A DNA stretch of 64,000 nucleotides, taken from the NCBI GenBank assembly GCA_964016885.1, contig OZ024743.1, forward strand, positions 339,078,001-339,142,000, read 5' to 3'. A program made the translations under genes and the position numbers. Position 1 is the stretch's first letter. Each line of letters begins with the position of its first letter. Shown one piece after another: positions 62,940-64,000 of the stretch. Below the pieces are notes generated by a model that was given only the letters and a program-made list of their open reading frames with translations, did not search any database and had not been told where the DNA came from. The DNA comes from Eledone cirrhosa. Lineage: Eukaryota.

Positions 62940-64000
62940 TGATCAAATTTCAGTTTAGAACATTTATTTGCTGACAATTGTTTCTTCCAGAGGGAAGTCT
63001 GGAATCATCGGAGCATAAGGAATGTCAAAACATGTAACTAAAATCCTTGCGGCCAGGAAAACAATAATTAAACTTGAAGACCAACTATGGACCCGCAAGA
63101 ATACACCCAACAACTTCGATATCACCATGGGATCTAGCGAGTCGGCACAGGTAACCGACTTAGTCGGTCTATTTCTCTTAAACGAAATACGCAAGAACCT
63201 ATCTTACCTCAACGGTGGCCCCTACCGAGACGACGCACTTTCCCCTTAGACTATAAAAAGTTCAATATAGAAAGAACTAGAAAACAATTACATGAAATAT
63301 TTAAAAACTATAACTTAGGTATCACTTTAGATAAAAACACCAAACATTTTAACTTCCTGGACGTCACTCTCTACTTAGACTCTAAAAAATACACACCTTA
63401 TCATAAACCTAATAAAAAACTTTTCTATGTTAATACCAACTCTAACCACCCTAAATCTGTATTGACCTCAATCATTAAAGGGGTATTTAATAGAATCTCT
63501 AGCCTTTTTTACAACGAGAATACATTTAATCGTAACTCCCAATACTATAATGAAGCCTTAGCCCTTTCCGGCCATAGAGATAAAATTAAATTTCAACCAC
63601 CCATAGACAACCTAATATAATTTCACACAACATGGCCATGAATAAAAGTAAATATGATCATAGTATTGAAAATCCTGACTCCTATACAAAGGGCACCATA
63701 AAAAAGAAAATCACGCCACAGCAATAATCCTAAGAAACACCATAGAAAGAAAAATATAGATAAGAAGGAACCTAACACCACACTAAACAGTAGTATGAAT
63801 AACAACCATAAGAAGAATAGAAGAAGAAGTAGCACATTTTTTAACCCTCCGTTCAACTTAAATGTATCAACAAACATACCTAAAGCTTTCTTCTCTACTC
63901 TAGACAAAAACTTCCCAACTAACCATAAATACCACAACCTATTTAACAAAAACACAATTAAAATATACTACACCACCATACCTAACATAGCAGACCATAT
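62940..64000 (+). mobile_element. 5'-truncated Naiad-type Penelope element preceded by an inverted pLTR fragment; continues beyond the window
   Basis: ARKTII, FDITMGSSESAQVTDLVGLFLL, YRDD, NFLDVTL, YHKPN, SNHP, FFNPPF, F..LDKNFP.NH.Y. Stops and frameshifts present. Confidence 0.88.
62969..63015 (-). ncRNA. Minimal type I hammerhead ribozyme, CCGATGA (U4C) core, second copy
   Basis: Reverse complement reads TGCT-CCGATGA-TTCCAGA/cttccc/TCTGGAA-GAAA-CAATTG-TC|AGCA-AATAAA. Core identical to 50808-50852. Confidence 0.82.

Overview
Eukaryotic heterochromatin-like DNA with no recognisable host gene. The SINE families and microsatellite load suggest a cephalopod such as Octopus; this is inferred from recall and not verified. 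Bases 1-34259 are one satellite array of a 26-bp monomer (GGTCTAACTAGTTAGTGACAGTCTGT, with 22- and 24-bp variants) built around a 12-bp palindrome, and it contains kb-scale tandem duplications. Bases 34260-64000 are a dense patchwork of decayed retroelements separated by microsatellites: an almost intact 5'-truncated L1/Tx1-type LINE inserted in (GATA)n, RTE fragments, an R4/Dong-like RT-RLE element, a CRE-like RT-RLE element with an in-frame N-terminal PHD finger, several Penelope-like elements (Naiad-type and Neptune-type), tRNA-derived SINEs and MITEs. The most striking signal, invisible in the ORF track, is a cluster of at least 9 well-formed and several degenerate type I hammerhead ribozyme motifs between 46.0 and 63.0 kb. 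They belong to several unrelated sequence families, include non-canonical catalytic cores (U3-A8 and C4 variants), and occur in Penelope pseudo-LTRs, in short ORF-less modules between (TA)n tracts, and in a ~470-bp fold-back palindrome carrying one on each strand. All RNA structures were folded by eye and none is experimentally verified.
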